NCBI RefSeq assembly: GCF_964355755.1
Contig: NC_092679.1
Span: 16,537,432 to 16,601,431 of the forward strand
Direction: 5' to 3'
Source: Antedon mediterranea
Lineage: Eukaryota > Animalia > Echinodermata
DNA: 64,000 bases
The notes below the pieces were generated by a model, which was given only the letters and a program-made list of their open reading frames with translations, ran no database searches and was not told the DNA's origin. The position numbers and the translations under genes are program-made. Below, piece after piece: positions 38,353 through 52,100 of the stretch. Every line of letters begins with the position of its first letter. The stretch's first letter is position 1.

Positions 38353-40747
38353 CCTCACCCAGGTGCCTGCAGAATAATACAGTATGGTTGACCTTTTCAC
38401 GAAAGACTGGTTTATCATAAAAAGAATGAGATTATATCATGGATGAATAAACACACATAAACGATTGAACTCAACCCTGGTTAAACATTTATGGACAGTG
38501 GAAGCAAATATGACTTACGAATGGAAGGGGCATGGGGGGACGGGAATACCCTGAATTTATGTTCTATGTGCTATGATTTAATACAGGTAATAGGACTACT
38601 TAGTCTTCTAAAATCTTGGATTGTCCAATGTATAAAATTAGTCGAGACGACAGCATTTTATGCCAGGGCCAATTCTAACTCAGCTGATCACACGCTCAAA
38701 GAAGATGCCGCATTTCATTGCTATTTATAGAGTTGCGATTTATTTTTTGTCGGACTTTTTTTTAATCCACTCCCCTACTACTGTAGTACTTGAAGAGTTG
38801 GGAGAATATTGACACGTAGGTGAATTTGTGTTAGTTACAAAATGATTGCACGAAATCATTCGAACTAATGTAATGTTAGTTTAATTTTCTAGCCAAAGGA
38901 AGAACACCCCACCCACACCAAACCATCTCACATTTTCTATGAGAGTATAAGAAAACAAAGACCAGGTTCAGGTTTGATTTCTCGAAAACAGAGAACCACT
39001 AAAACTACTCAAATATTATTACGTAATATAGGGTGTCAGTCTCTGTTCTCGTTTATTTCCTCGAACAAACATGCATATAACACAATATTTTAGAATTTAG
39101 TGGAGTTGTTGCTTGGTGGTTATGATGGCTACCACTCCTGGGTTGAAGTCCCGTCACATGTCAGGATTTCTTCTAAGGACAAAATTACAACTCCACTCCC
39201 AAAGACTTGTAATAAGACATTGTTTATGTAGAGCATCTTGTGTATATGTTTGTCTTGTGAACCTCTGATGATCCCTAATGATCAGCAATTGCTGGATGGA
39301 TCACCCTCATTAAATATGGTAAAAAAACCACCAAAAAAAAACACAATGTGTAGAATTATTTGACTTCCGTGATCTACAATTTACCAAGCATTTTGACACA
39401 ATATGGGGTATTTATTTGATTACATATGTCCCCCTTAAACACCCCCTCCCAAACAATAAACAATACGGAGTTCTAGCATCATGCTAGCTGCATGGAAAGT
39501 AACTTACCATGACCACCTGCAGAGGAGAAGAATGTGATTGGCAACATTGCCCTAAGTTTAGAATGAATATGGTATTCACTTATATTGCTGATTCAATATA
39601 TAATATTATAAAATGAATTTTTCTATTATGTTATCTACAAAACTTTAAAAACTAAAAACAAAATACTCTGAAGCGTAGATGTTGTACTGCATTTATTCAA
39701 TTAATCTTGAGTTGTACGTGTTACATATTTTAGCACTTCCTTGGATTTCTTACATTTCTATAATTTACATAAATGATTAATAAAATAATATATTTCATGA
39801 AATTTGGTCTGAAAACCCAATAACTAACCACCTGCGGGGACCGAGGTTCCTACTTGTGTGAAGTTTAATTACAGGTTTGATAATGTACAGTAATACTAGT
39901 ACTGTACATTATTTATACCATACACAAATATTTATGGAATAATTAAAAATTCTGTTTCTTTACCAGCTTTTAAATGTAAATTAAAAAATAAATATTTATC
40001 ACTGCTGTACCAACAATAATTTTATATAGCATTAATTAAGGTAGCCTTTTATATGTTTTTTTTTAATCTCTCGGGGTCATGGTGAGACAAGTTTTTTACT
40101 TCTGAATCATGACCCCAATGATGGCATTCCTTTCTATTGTTTACCTTTTCTTGTTTTTGTATTGTATTACTGTTTCTTATTGTTTATTATTCTTGTATTA
40201 TTTGTCTTACCATTATTAAATAAATGTTATTATTGAAATATTATTGAAGTACAGTACAAACAACAGGATGTAACAACCTTAAATAACAAAGCACCCAATA
40301 GAATATTTAAAATATTAATTAACAACTTGAGTTAACATAATAAAAAAAAAAAACAGGAAAGTAAAAGGCCTATACATTCTATTTTAAAAAATCCCCAAAT
40401 TAGCATTTTTGTTTGTTTTTAATTCCTTAAATTGGCAAGTTTTAAACATTATATAAGTTTGTTAATATATGTTATATTATATTTTATAGATATATTTAAA
40501 TCAAATTTAAATTGGCAAATTAAAAAAAGAAAAAAAAAACAAAATTAGCATTTATTTTTGTTTTTAATTTTTTGAATTAGCAAATTTTAAAACAAATTAT
40601 ACAAGTTTTTAAATATATGTTATATTATCATATTATTATAAATTATATTTAATTTCATAAATTGGCAAGTTTTAAATCAAATTTAACATAATAAAATCTC
40701 TTATAAATTGACATATTAAATTTCTTATATTTGCATTCTCAAAATAT

Positions 40748-40842
40748 ATAACAGTGGTACAGTATTATGTAACATTTGATAACAGTGGTACAGTATTATG
40801 TAACATTTGATAACAGTGGTACAGTATTATGTAACATTTGAT
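40748..40842 (+). repeat. 31-bp tandem repeat x3
   Basis: ATAACAGTGGTACAGTATTATGTAACATTTG three times, just 3' of the PGAP4 stop. Confidence 0.95.
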
Positions 40843-40900
40843 TTTTTGTGTTTATATCTACGCCCCCTCTAAAAAACTGAAATCACACATATATTATTCA

Positions 40901-42154
40901 TTATGTCATAAAAGAATGTGGATCTTTTGGGGTTTTATGAAGCGATGAGAAAACACCAATATGATCAAAAAGATTCGGCACCACTAAATACTGCTTAAGA
41001 GATACGGTTTTAAAGAACCTACTTATGGCAACATCCAATGGAAAAGTTGTATAGCACTGTATACCATTCAAGTGGTATTCCAAATTCTGTAAAAACTCTG
41101 TTTTATAAAGCACCGCTGGTATGCAGCATTCTGGAGCACCGGTAACTGTGTAGAAATCCGGGAAGACTAACCTAAGCCACAACAAATATGGCCGTCCGAT
41201 AACAAACATTAAAAGTCCGAAATAAAACGAGCACAACGAATACAACAGAATGCGCTGAGGGGTAGTCATAAACTTGACAAATATGTTAAAAATAGCGTAA
41301 AGAACACCGCCACCAAGCAAACCAGTGGCAATAAGCTCTAAAATTAGGTTATTGTCCGTCCCGTAACCTTCCCATTTTTCAGGAAAATAAAATTTCAAGG
41401 ATGCTAAATTATCTAAGTTTTTTTCAAGTCTATCATGAATAAATTTATTCTCTATTCTAGTATTTACTATCCGATCCAAGTGTTTTATAAACTGCGGATA
41501 CGGTAAGGCATCATCCTGAACGAGGATAGAATACGTTGCGTTAAATTTGCGCATTTGATTTATGCAAAAGACGTAATCCTGTTTTTCCTGTTCCCGTGCA
41601 TGAACTGTACGCCGGTTAGTTGATTCTATTGGTTGCTTCTGAACTGACGGAACATATCTTGATAACTTTATAGCTGCTTCATGTTCCTCCGGCTCCGTCT
41701 GCGCATTACAGATAAAAAATAAAATATCTTTTCTATTGTGCTCTACGAGTAGTTGATCAAATTTGGCAACAACACGAGGTAGGTACTGTGGTGAATATGC
41801 CTCAGAATTCTTATCCACTGTATGCCTACTAACAGTGATAACTCCAATGGCATATTTTGGTTTCTTTTTAGTAAAAGCTTCCTCATAGAAATTTCTTTCT
41901 TTTAAGTCCTCCATTTCTGAGAAATACTTATAAGCTGCCTCCCCTTCAAGCCTGTCTTTTTTTATCGCCACGTCAAGAGTATGTGTGCTTTTTCCTCGGA
42001 TGTAGTACCTCGAGAATGGTAGATTCCAGCATGTTATCGGTAATATTAGGCCAAATGTTAAAATGTATAGCACAACAATTATTTGGATTATATAACTGAA
42101 TTTTTTAAACCTCATCTTCCACTTCCAGGTCAACCTACCATGGCAACCTACCAT
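40901..42154 (-). CDS. PGAP4: GPI-GalNAc transferase (TMEM246/PGAP4), single coding exon
   Basis: 417-aa ORF with N-terminal TM, EKQDYVFC, ILVQDDALP, LKFYFPEKWEGY, two internal TMs, ECCIPAVLY and VPNLFDHIGVFSSL. Splice acceptor at ~42182 upstream of the ATG. Confidence 0.88.
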   Translation of the reverse strand: MVGCHGRLTWKWKMRFKKFSYIIQIIVVLYILTFGLILPITCWNLPFSRYYIRGKSTHTLDVAIKKDRLEGEAAYKYFSEMEDLKERNFYEEAFTKKKPKYAIGVITVSRHTVDKNSEAYSPQYLPRVVAKFDQLLVEHNRKDILFFICNAQTEPEEHEAAIKLSRYVPSVQKQPIESTNRRTVHAREQEKQDYVFCINQMRKFNATYSILVQDDALPYPQFIKHLDRIVNTRIENKFIHDRLEKNLDNLASLKFYFPEKWEGYGTDNNLILELIATGLLGGGVLYAIFNIFVKFMTTPQRILLYSLCSFYFGLLMFVIGRPYLLWLRLVFPDFYTVTGAPECCIPAVLYKTEFLQNLEYHLNGIQCYTTFPLDVAISRFFKTVSLKQYLVVPNLFDHIGVFSSLHKTPKDPHSFMT

Positions 42155-42479
42155 CAGTTGTTCATCAAAATCTTATTTTACCTGAAAATAAATATACAAT
42201 TGAATGTAATAATAATAATAATCATTTTTAACTTATAATTTCTAAAAATTCAACACAATATAATATGATGTGCTATTTAAGTTACAAGTTTATTATGAAA
42301 ATATTTACATAATACAAAATATTTATCGACCAAAATATGATTTGTTGTTGTTTAATAACTATATAACATGTCAAAATTATTGATTAAAAATAAATAAGCT
42401 CAATTTTTGCAGTTTAAAGTTTATTAGGTCAATTGTTGTATACTACAGTTAAAATAGACAAACCGGTTTTGCTGTTTAC

Positions 42480-43192
42480 CATGGATATGATTTAGTAAAA
42501 CCATGCGCTTTTCACCCACTACTTCCTGAAAGAACTGGACTTCCTGCAGTGTGTCTGCTGTGGGCCACATACACCATGAAATGAGGCCTAACTAATGTAC
42601 TGTATTATTTATTATAGGCCTACACTGGGCCGGGCCCGTTGCTCCTTCTGTCTAGCTAAATACAGATAGGCTATGTTTGTTTTGCACTATTTAACAAATA
42701 ATACCTATATTTATGAACCAACTTTAGGTATTTTCTTGCTAATCTTCGGCTGATAACAACGAGTAAAATCAAAGAAAATCAAAGCTACTTTTTTGGGAGA
42801 GGATGTGCAATATTTATTTGATATGGTTGAGTAGGTAGGCTCCTAGGACTATTCTATTATGAGTGAAGGGAAATTATATTATGTATTACTATATGAATTA
42901 AATATTTGTAGAGATATACCAAGTAAATTTTCTTTAAAAAATAATTATTATATGTTTAAATATATTTTAAAGGTTATACACTCTTTATATATTAAACTGC
43001 TAAACATATACTATGTTTGTAAAATTGTACCTCCCGGCCCTTGTTTTGGATTTTAAATTGCAGTATGGTGATTGTCTATATACACTCAGGTTTCATGTGA
43101 TTTCGCTACTTATTTATACTAAAAGAATCAGATCAATTCCGTTTAAATAGACTTTTACACACATCAATCAAGAAGACCGATACACGTGAAAA
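42480..43192. promoter_or_regulatory. Probable bidirectional promoter PGAP4/CEBPZ
   Basis: Head-to-head genes ~1 kb apart. ETS-like ACTTCCTG twice (~42521, ~42538) and E-box CACGTG at ~43183. Confidence 0.5.
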
Positions 43193-46100
43193 ATGGGACG
43201 TAAAGTTGGTAAAAGAAAACACAAATTTGAAGTAAAAAATGAGGCAAAAATACCCAAAGATGTAGTACAAGGAAATATTGATGAGAAAGAACAAAATGAC
43301 AAGTTTGATGTGAACCTTGTTCAAGAACTTGGCGGAGACGAAGTAAAGTATTGTTTGACTATTTTATGAAGCAAGGCTAGGCCTGCCATAGCTAGCTGCT
43401 GGAGTGACTATCTGAGCCGTGTGATCTGAGACGAGGAATGTGTGTGAAAATGCAAGTTGTGGAGATGCAGGTCATTTCGTCCCAAATTCAATATTTGTGA
43501 ATATCACAAAAACTGCACGACTGATCATATTGATAATGAAAATGATAACAATTGCCCTGTAATTCGTAAAATTTAATATTAATTTAATAATACCCTTACT
43601 TGCTTTAAATTGAATATGTAAATCTTTTTTTTTTTTCAGGAAGACTATAATTTATTAAAAGATGTTGAAGATGACCCGTTGAAGGAAGAGTTAGAGCTCA
43701 AAGATGATGGAACAGAGATTAGTCAACAAGAAGTTGCTGCATTCCTTAATAGTTTGGGTATAAAAAAGTCAAAAGATATCAAAAGGTTTGTCTATATTAA
43801 TATTAGATATATTATTCATGAATTATACCAAAATGCTGGGGTATTGAATTACTCTTTAAACATCTGAATATTATCAGCTAATTAAAATATTTTTCATTTG
43901 TCATCATTGTTCTCGTTTGTGACTTACACCAAAATTATTAATCATGTTTTTATGCATAAATATTGCACAGCATTTTACAGAATATTAAGAAAAAAAACGA
44001 ATTTACAATTTCTAATTATTATTTACATGTTTCCGATGTTTATGCACTTGTCAATTGCATGACCCACTATACGACCCCCGGGAGAGGTGCGTCATTTGTC
44101 CGATGTACGTCATACTTTTGAATACCATGACGCACCCGTGCGTCAAAAAGGTGACTTACCTTTAGGTGACCATGACGCACCCATTTTGACGCACTGTGAC
44201 CATGTTGTTTATGATATGGTGGGTGGTAAAGTGACGGTCATTGACACACCTTGTTCATTGATGCGACGTACCATCTAGGTTTTTTGACGCACCCCTGCGT
44301 CAGTAATTATTTGTAAATGACGCACCCATGACGCACCTCTCCCGGGGGTCGTATAGTGGGTCATACAATTGAAAAGTGCATTATGTACTCAAAGTATCCC
44401 TATATAACTTTTTATCTTGTATTTTTAATCTGTTATAATACTGCACGTTTTTAAATTGTTGCAATATTGTTGTTTTAATCTACCAAGCAAAGTGAATTTT
44501 CATTTTTATGGACAAATAAAATTTCTTGAATCTTGAATAGACATTCATTTGTTTATAGTATATTTATTATTACATAATAAAAATCAAATAAAAAAAATAT
44601 GACACTGCAAAGATAAATATTAAAAAAAAAATTCTAAAAGAATATAAGTTACACTACACAGTTTTAGTTTCATTAATCAATCAATTTTCCTCTTTATTTT
44701 AATTTATTTGAAAAAAAATAATTTTGTTTTGTCATCATTTATACATAATTATTCATTTTTAATTTTAATCGTTTGAGTAAATATTTTTTTTTTCATTTTA
44801 AGTAAAAAAACAAAAGAACAGAAAGTAACGCCAACAACCAAGAAGAATACACACGAGCAAAAAATAAACAAATTCATAATAAAACCAGATTTATTGAAGA
44901 AACTAACGCAGTCGCCTACTTACAAATCTTATCTATTCAAGCCTGGTAGTAAATGGTATGAAAATAGGGTAAGATCAATGCATTTATCACCTTTAACATG
45001 TGTAGAAGTGCATGTATTTTACTGGCGGAAAAAGTAGGCTATTATCACTTTTTCTGGCAAACTAAACCCATTTCCAGATCCATCCTGCCGGGGGCCTGTG
45101 CCTCAAATACTCGTGTCCGAACCCGCATTGTTGGATCCTGTCCACGGCCCTGGTAAGTTAATATACAATATCTGAATGTTTTTTTGTTATATCCAAAACA
45201 ATCGAGAGTCGTTACGATTGGAATATTGGTAGACTTAAGGGTCTGATGTTAACAGGTCAATTTTCCAATGACACTATTAACTGTCTGGTTTTTGGAATAC
45301 ATATTATAGTGATAACGGTTTTAATTATTTTAACAGTTTAATGAGGATCCATTGAAATTTAAGCAGATCAACGATGAAGCACTGAAAGTTTTCCAGACCC
45401 ATGCTGCTAAATTGTATGCTAATGAAGTGGAACTTTACAAGCAAAGTATGTAAATATTTTCCTATAGGTCCATGATTAAAACAAGCTAAATGCAGGTTTC
45501 AAGAGATGGAGATCAAAAGATTAATATCTGGTGTTGCATGTTAACCCCAATGGAATGTTATTTAATAACAATAATATACGTTATACTTACTTACTGTGAC
45601 CTCTATCCACTCATATATACTGTATACTATCTTTTTTTTTTAACATTTGTTTGAAGAGTGGAAAAATAAACGAAACTTGGGCCAAGACATACTTAAACTT
45701 ATATGACTAGATTCCTCCATTTTTTCCTATCTGCCATTATGACAGCCAGTTATTTTGTCTGCATACAAATCAGTCCCTAGTACATCAATTATAATATCCT
45801 TTATAAAGCGCCTAATTGGAAACCTGTAAAGTGTGTACGTATTATTATCCTACAAAGTTGTGTCTTGACCTTTCCAGGTACTCATTTGTACACCAGGGAA
45901 AATGCAAATAAAGTGTCTTGCATAAAGAACCCACTATCTCACAATCAGTAGACACAATTCTCATAGATGGCACCTTTCAATCTTAATTTAGATTGAGTTA
46001 GAGTAGAAGACTATTATTTGTATTAATTTCATACACATTTAAAAGTGAATTACAAGATGGATAAATTATAATCGTGCTTATAAACTCAGTTTTAGGCTTA

Positions 46101-49100
46101 GAGAGTGGAGTTAAAAGAGTTGTGAGGATTGAACTCTGACACTAGGCCAGTATTGAACCCTCACAATAGGCCAGTATTGAACCCTGACACTAGGCCAAGA
46201 TTGATTGATCCCTGACACTAGGCCAGTATTGAACCCTGACACTAGGCCAGGATTGAACCCTGGACCCGGAGACTGGAAGGCTCTATTATGCAGTGGTTCC
46301 ATTATGACTGAGTGAAATGTAAGAAATTATTTTATTTAATTTTTAGGAAAAGATTCTGGTAACAGCTCTAAGATGCAATGGATGAACACTGTGATATCAG
46401 CTGGTGTACTTGCAGACAAGGTTGCTGCTCTTACTCTACAGATACAGGACTGTGCCCTCCATAACCTGTCAAGCCTAGACTCTTTACTGCAAATGGTGAA
46501 TAAGAAAGGCAGAAGAGAGGCTCTAACTGCACTGGAAAATCTCAAGGAGCTTTGGATGTCAGAGCTCCTTATTGAGGACAAAAAACTGAAGTTATTTTCA
46601 CAGGTTTGTATGCCTAATAAACACATTCTTTATTTCCTTTACTGTACACATGGCTTGGTCACATTTATGCAGCGAAGCTTAAGCTTTGTCTACACTATCA
46701 AACCTTATGTGAAGTATATATATGGACATGATGATTGTCATACCATATTTGACCACATCACACCTTTTTTGTCATAGTAACTAGTTTGATAGTCTAGAAA
46801 GAGCATTAGATTTGGTGTTCCAAATGTTTTATTATGTTTTGAAAATTGTTTCTATTTTTTTTTCTTGTATCTATCAATAGTATTAATAATGAAATATTGT
46901 GTTTTGATTTGAGATTCAATTATTAAATAAAGTTGAATTTATAATATATATTTATTAGTTAAAGATGTAATGTCCCCCTGAAAAATAATTCTTAAAAACA
47001 TTTTTGGTGAATATGCCATTTTAATGTAACATAATGTTTATCCACTTTGACAACAAATTGAATCAAAAAAACATTTATTTACCTGAAAAAACTGTAAATT
47101 AAAGCTAAAAATGGTCAAATTGGCTGCCAGCCAATTGGTTTTTGGTTAAATTTAACCATTTATTTTATCATTTTATAAGTGAAAACATAATTTTTTTTTT
47201 TGTGGTTTTTTCTATGGAAGTGAATTACTTTATTAAAACTACAAAATAACATATTCAAAGTCTTATTTAATTAATTATTTATTAATTTCATGTTTTTGGG
47301 GGACAATACATCTTTAAAATTTAGACATAACTTAAGGTAAAATATACCTACTGCATATGTGTCAAACTTTCTTCACATTAGCCCACATAATCCTTTTAAT
47401 TCTGATTATTTTCATTGGCAGCATCCATTTGATCAGCTGACTGCAATATGTGGTAAAAGCAAAGAAAAACGAGACAAAAGGCTGCTGATGTGGTACTTTG
47501 AGGATGCTGTGAAGAAACGCTACTCAGAGTTTGTGAAGACATTAGAGGTTGGTAGATTTGGAATTAAGAAGAAAAAAAATTGGTTAAAATTATGAAATCA
47601 CTATGCACTACAGAACAACCTAAAGCCTTGTCTAGACTATCAAACTAGTTGACAAAATAATGTGATATAACATCATTGCATGTTTTTATTGTCATTATTC
47701 TTTTTATATGTAGGGTATGCATACAAATCTTGAATTGCTGCAGTCCTAGAAAGCCCATCCTATTTTCTTTTAAATGTTTATATTGATTTTAACTCACTGT
47801 AACGTTTTATTCTCTCCCACCCCCCCTCCTTGATTTTTAACTGTATGTTTTGATGTTTTATTTTTTAAACAGAATCGAATACAATGATTTAGTCCATGTA
47901 GATTGACGCTGGTCTCCCCAAATTTCAGTTTCTTTTTACTTATGTAAATATTAAAAAGCACCAAATAAACAATGATATGATAAATAATTTGTTATTGCAA
48001 TTTTTCCAAAGACCCTTTGTCAAGACACTGTACAAGCAGTAAAGACCAAAGCACTTAGCACAATGAAAGAACTGTTGGTTGGTAATCCAGAGCAAGAACA
48101 GGTAGGTTTCATACCAGTTAATTGATTATGCCTGTCCATGACATTTGATTGGTTAATTTCCTTCAGCATTAGTTCTATTGCACATTAAATATAGTTCTAT
48201 TGAATAGTTTAAAAAAGTTTATAATTTAATTTGCAATGCAAGGTTGTTGACACTTCTAATATATGAAGTGAAACTAACTGTATTTTGACCTTTGACATTT
48301 CTTTGAAAGGTGTTACTTGGAAAACTTGTAAATAAGGTCGGAGATCCAGAATCAAAGGTCGCATCCAAAGCGGTCTACCTGTTGCAGCAAGTTGGTAAGT
48401 GAACATCATTTGTTCATGTGTATGGATTTCTAGGCCTACTACGTTTCTCTATGTGCATGTAAATGAGAGTTATTAGGCACAAATAAGTTGGCCTTTTGAC
48501 TGCGTTTATGCTGCAATGGGATAAAGATAAACATCTATTGAGCCTAGATCGCTTTGAGTTAATGGATGAAGAAGGCTTATTTAAATAATAGACAATGAAA
48601 ATAAACCTTGTCTAACCAAAGCAGTCTAACAACAAGACATTGGGCCCGCCTTGTCAAGATAGGAACTCGTAACAGTTCTTTTATTGTATGTCTGGCTGCG
48701 ACAAATACCAACAGTACTGTACTATGTTCCGCAGTGTCTGTTAAGGGGCAAGGAGGAACTGATTGTGGCGGAGCCACAGATAAATCCTTTGATCTCTAAA
48801 GCTCAGGATCCTTAACCATACATTTTGAAATATTTGTTTTGTTCTATATTCAGTTTCAATACATCCAAGCATGAAAGGAATTGTTATTCAAGAAATTGAA
48901 AGAATGCTGTACAGACCTAACATTAGTGCCAAAGCTCAGTAAGTATCACTGTGAAATGTATGGGCTCATTAGATTTTAGGATTTCTGCAACTAAACTGAA
49001 TGTGGTCAGATATTCCCCAGAGGCCATATTCTCCATTCAAAATTAAGCTCATTTGCATAAACTCACAGGGGTCGTTTACATTATGTTATCGAAAGCTACT

Positions 49101-52100
49101 GTATGTGCTGAGCAGTGAATCTTAAATGCTTTTGGTTGGGTCGCTTTCATAGCTGCTTTTTTTTAGCTAATTCGTCAAAATACACAGCTGACTGTAAGGC
49201 CCTCGCTAATGCGGAATGCTTCACCGTTCTTGATTCTGCAGATTCCGCTTTCAAACATGAGGTCAAGGAAGCCCTCCACATCATGTGAAGTAAACCTTCC
49301 TTGAACAAACATACTTGGATGTCATGCTTGCCATATGATTGTTTTACGCCTACGTTCCTTGTTGTTTTATCATGCTAATTACTTCCTCATTTACATACAA
49401 CCTTTCCTATTGGTATATAAGTACTCTGTTTTCTGTTCTGATGATCAGAATAGTTTCTCGAAATGCCTCACAATCGTTATTTTAACTCGAAAGTTCAGTG
49501 GAATCATTCATGATTTATCTAACAGCTCACTCTATAATAATGCAATTTAATATTTAAATTAAATTTATTTTCCATGTCTGTCTAGGTATTTTGGTATATG
49601 TTTTATGAATCAAGTTATTTTAAGTCATGATGAAGAAGATTTAGCAACTAGGTTAATGGTCATATACTTTTCTTTTTTCAAGGTAAGGTTTGATTTTGAC
49701 AAGAACTATGTTATTCTTTGAAGCTCTGTCTACACTACCCCACTTTATGTGACAAAAAAATGTAATGTGCCCATATATGGACGTGATGATGTCATATCAC
49801 TACCCTATTTGGGCATATCACTACCGTATTTGGGCACATCATATTTGTTGTCAGACTACTTCGACAGTGTAGACAGAGCTTTAGCATTTTTGTGATTGGT
49901 TAAAAGACAACAAATAAATAAATATTTCTTTTACTGTAGCTAGCCAAGTCAAAGAATCGCATAATAAATAATTTTGTGATAAAAAGAATGGCAGACAAAC
50001 TCATTTTGCCTAATGTGAAGTCATATATAAACAGTTTCTTTTATAACCAATGTTTGTAGGCTTGTACAAAAAAGAAGAAAGTCGATCATAAAATGATAAG
50101 TGCTGTACTCACAGGTGTGAACAGAGCATACCATTATGCTAAGAGTAAGTTAGTGTTTCTTCCGAAAAATTGAAACAAAAATGTGCACACAAGCCTGTGG
50201 TTATATTCACCAATCACACTTAAGTGAGATATTTCCCTTAAATATTAAGTATTTCATTTAACTCAATAAATATTTAAGTATTTCCCTTAGGGTAAGTGTG
50301 AATGGTGAATTAGGTAAGTGTACACTAAACCTGAATTTTTAACTAGTTATTCAAGAAGACTGTTTCTTACCACCAGAGGGCCCCTGGATCAGCTTGCCTG
50401 CAGGTTCAGCTGGAAGTGTTACCCTCTCTAAATAAATTTCAAATCAAGAATAAAATGGTCCTTTAAATGATTTTTGGCCTTGACTGCTCGACCACTCAAC
50501 TCAAATTCATCCAGCATAAATGTTACTTTGTTTTTTGAATTTATGTTTTGTTTAGTTGAAGATGACAAGTTGGATGAGCAGACAGACATGCTGTTTAAGA
50601 TGGTGCACACGTCACCTTTCAGCACGTCAGTACAGTGTCTCATGCTGCTGCATCAAGTCATGAGTTCACGGTAAACATTCAGATCTTCAGATTCACTATC
50701 CTTATAATACAGCCATACAACGGTTCTCTTCAGATCACTGAAGTTAAGCAACGTTTGGCCCGGTTGCATTCTGGATGAGATACCCTCTGAGAATAGCTGC
50801 AGGTGCTGTATATACCAGAGGGTGGTGATGTATGATAATATTGGACTAGCATGTGATAGGCATGGGTTAGAGCCTATCTGTACCATACTGATTGCATCCT
50901 TTAGGCAAGATGCTTTACTCTCATTGCCTCCTATTATATGCACATAATAGCTAATATTTCAAGTTTCACCTATAGATTATTATTAATATATTATATTAAT
51001 TTAACGGTGAAGACATTTGTGTTTTTAATTTGATTATCTGCTGTCCCCTTTGATACTGCACAAGCCGGCATATTTAGAAACAATTTCATTAAAGAGTTTT
51101 CATCACAAAATTAACTTGTTATAAGAAGGAAAATAGAGCTAAAATGAATAAATAAATACTATATTGTAAAACCTCAAATCAGCTTCTTTTTCAGGTTTTA
51201 CAATAGTAAAATAAGTACACTGATAACAAAACAACTGTATTCTAAATTACAAGATAAATATTTAAATAATAAATAACATTTTATAAATTGTTTTCAGGCA
51301 ATCAACATCAGATCGTTACTATAGTGCACTTTTCAAAAAGCTTTTAGACCCATCTTTAAAGCAATCTCCAAAACTATCAATGTTTTTAAATTTGTTATAC
51401 CAGTCATTGAAAGGTGATGTTGTTGTCAAGAGAATAAAAGTAAGTGAAACTACATCTAAATGTAGAATCTATATTAAAGGGACACCTTTGGGACACAAAA
51501 AAGGGTTGACTAATAGAGGTTGCCCATAGTGTTGAATCATTATGGGTATGTGTCCCCTTTATTGGCCGTATTGTTAAAACAATCATTAATAGATGTATCC
51601 TGAATAGTGCTGTCCCAAAGGATGGTTCTATTGTACTGTGTATGCTATGTCTCTCTGATGATATTGATATTAATTCCTGCATCAGGGTAGAAGATATTAA
51701 AATTCAGGTGTGAATGGAAGCCTCCCATTGCCTCAACAAATCCCTTTCTTAAACATACAATCTTTTCCAGTGAAATATTCTGTTTTTACACTAGTATCGT
51801 GCATAGTGTTATGGAAACCAGCCGTGGAATACCCATGTATGTTATTAACTTTTTACACCTTTTTTTTTTGCTAGGCATTCATAAAGAGACTCCTTCAGAT
51901 CAGCTGTGAGCAGCAGCCTCCTGCCATCTGTGCAATGCTGTTCCTTATATCAGAAGTCATTCAGTCAAGGCCGCAATTGAAAAGTATAGTAGAAAAAATT
52001 GTGGTAGGTTACTTTTCCAATAGTTAATATACTACACAACCACATAATGTAAGGGTCAGTTTTGTCTTGGGATGTCTGCAGCGATGTTCACAAATTTTAG

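Noticed and set aside
39262-39310. CTGATGA as another hammerhead core
   Set aside because: No GAAA after the putative stem II and no PLE context.
50708-50812. Functional 5S rRNA gene
   Set aside because: Internal deletion and many substitutions, no poly-T terminator, fused to SINE sequence.
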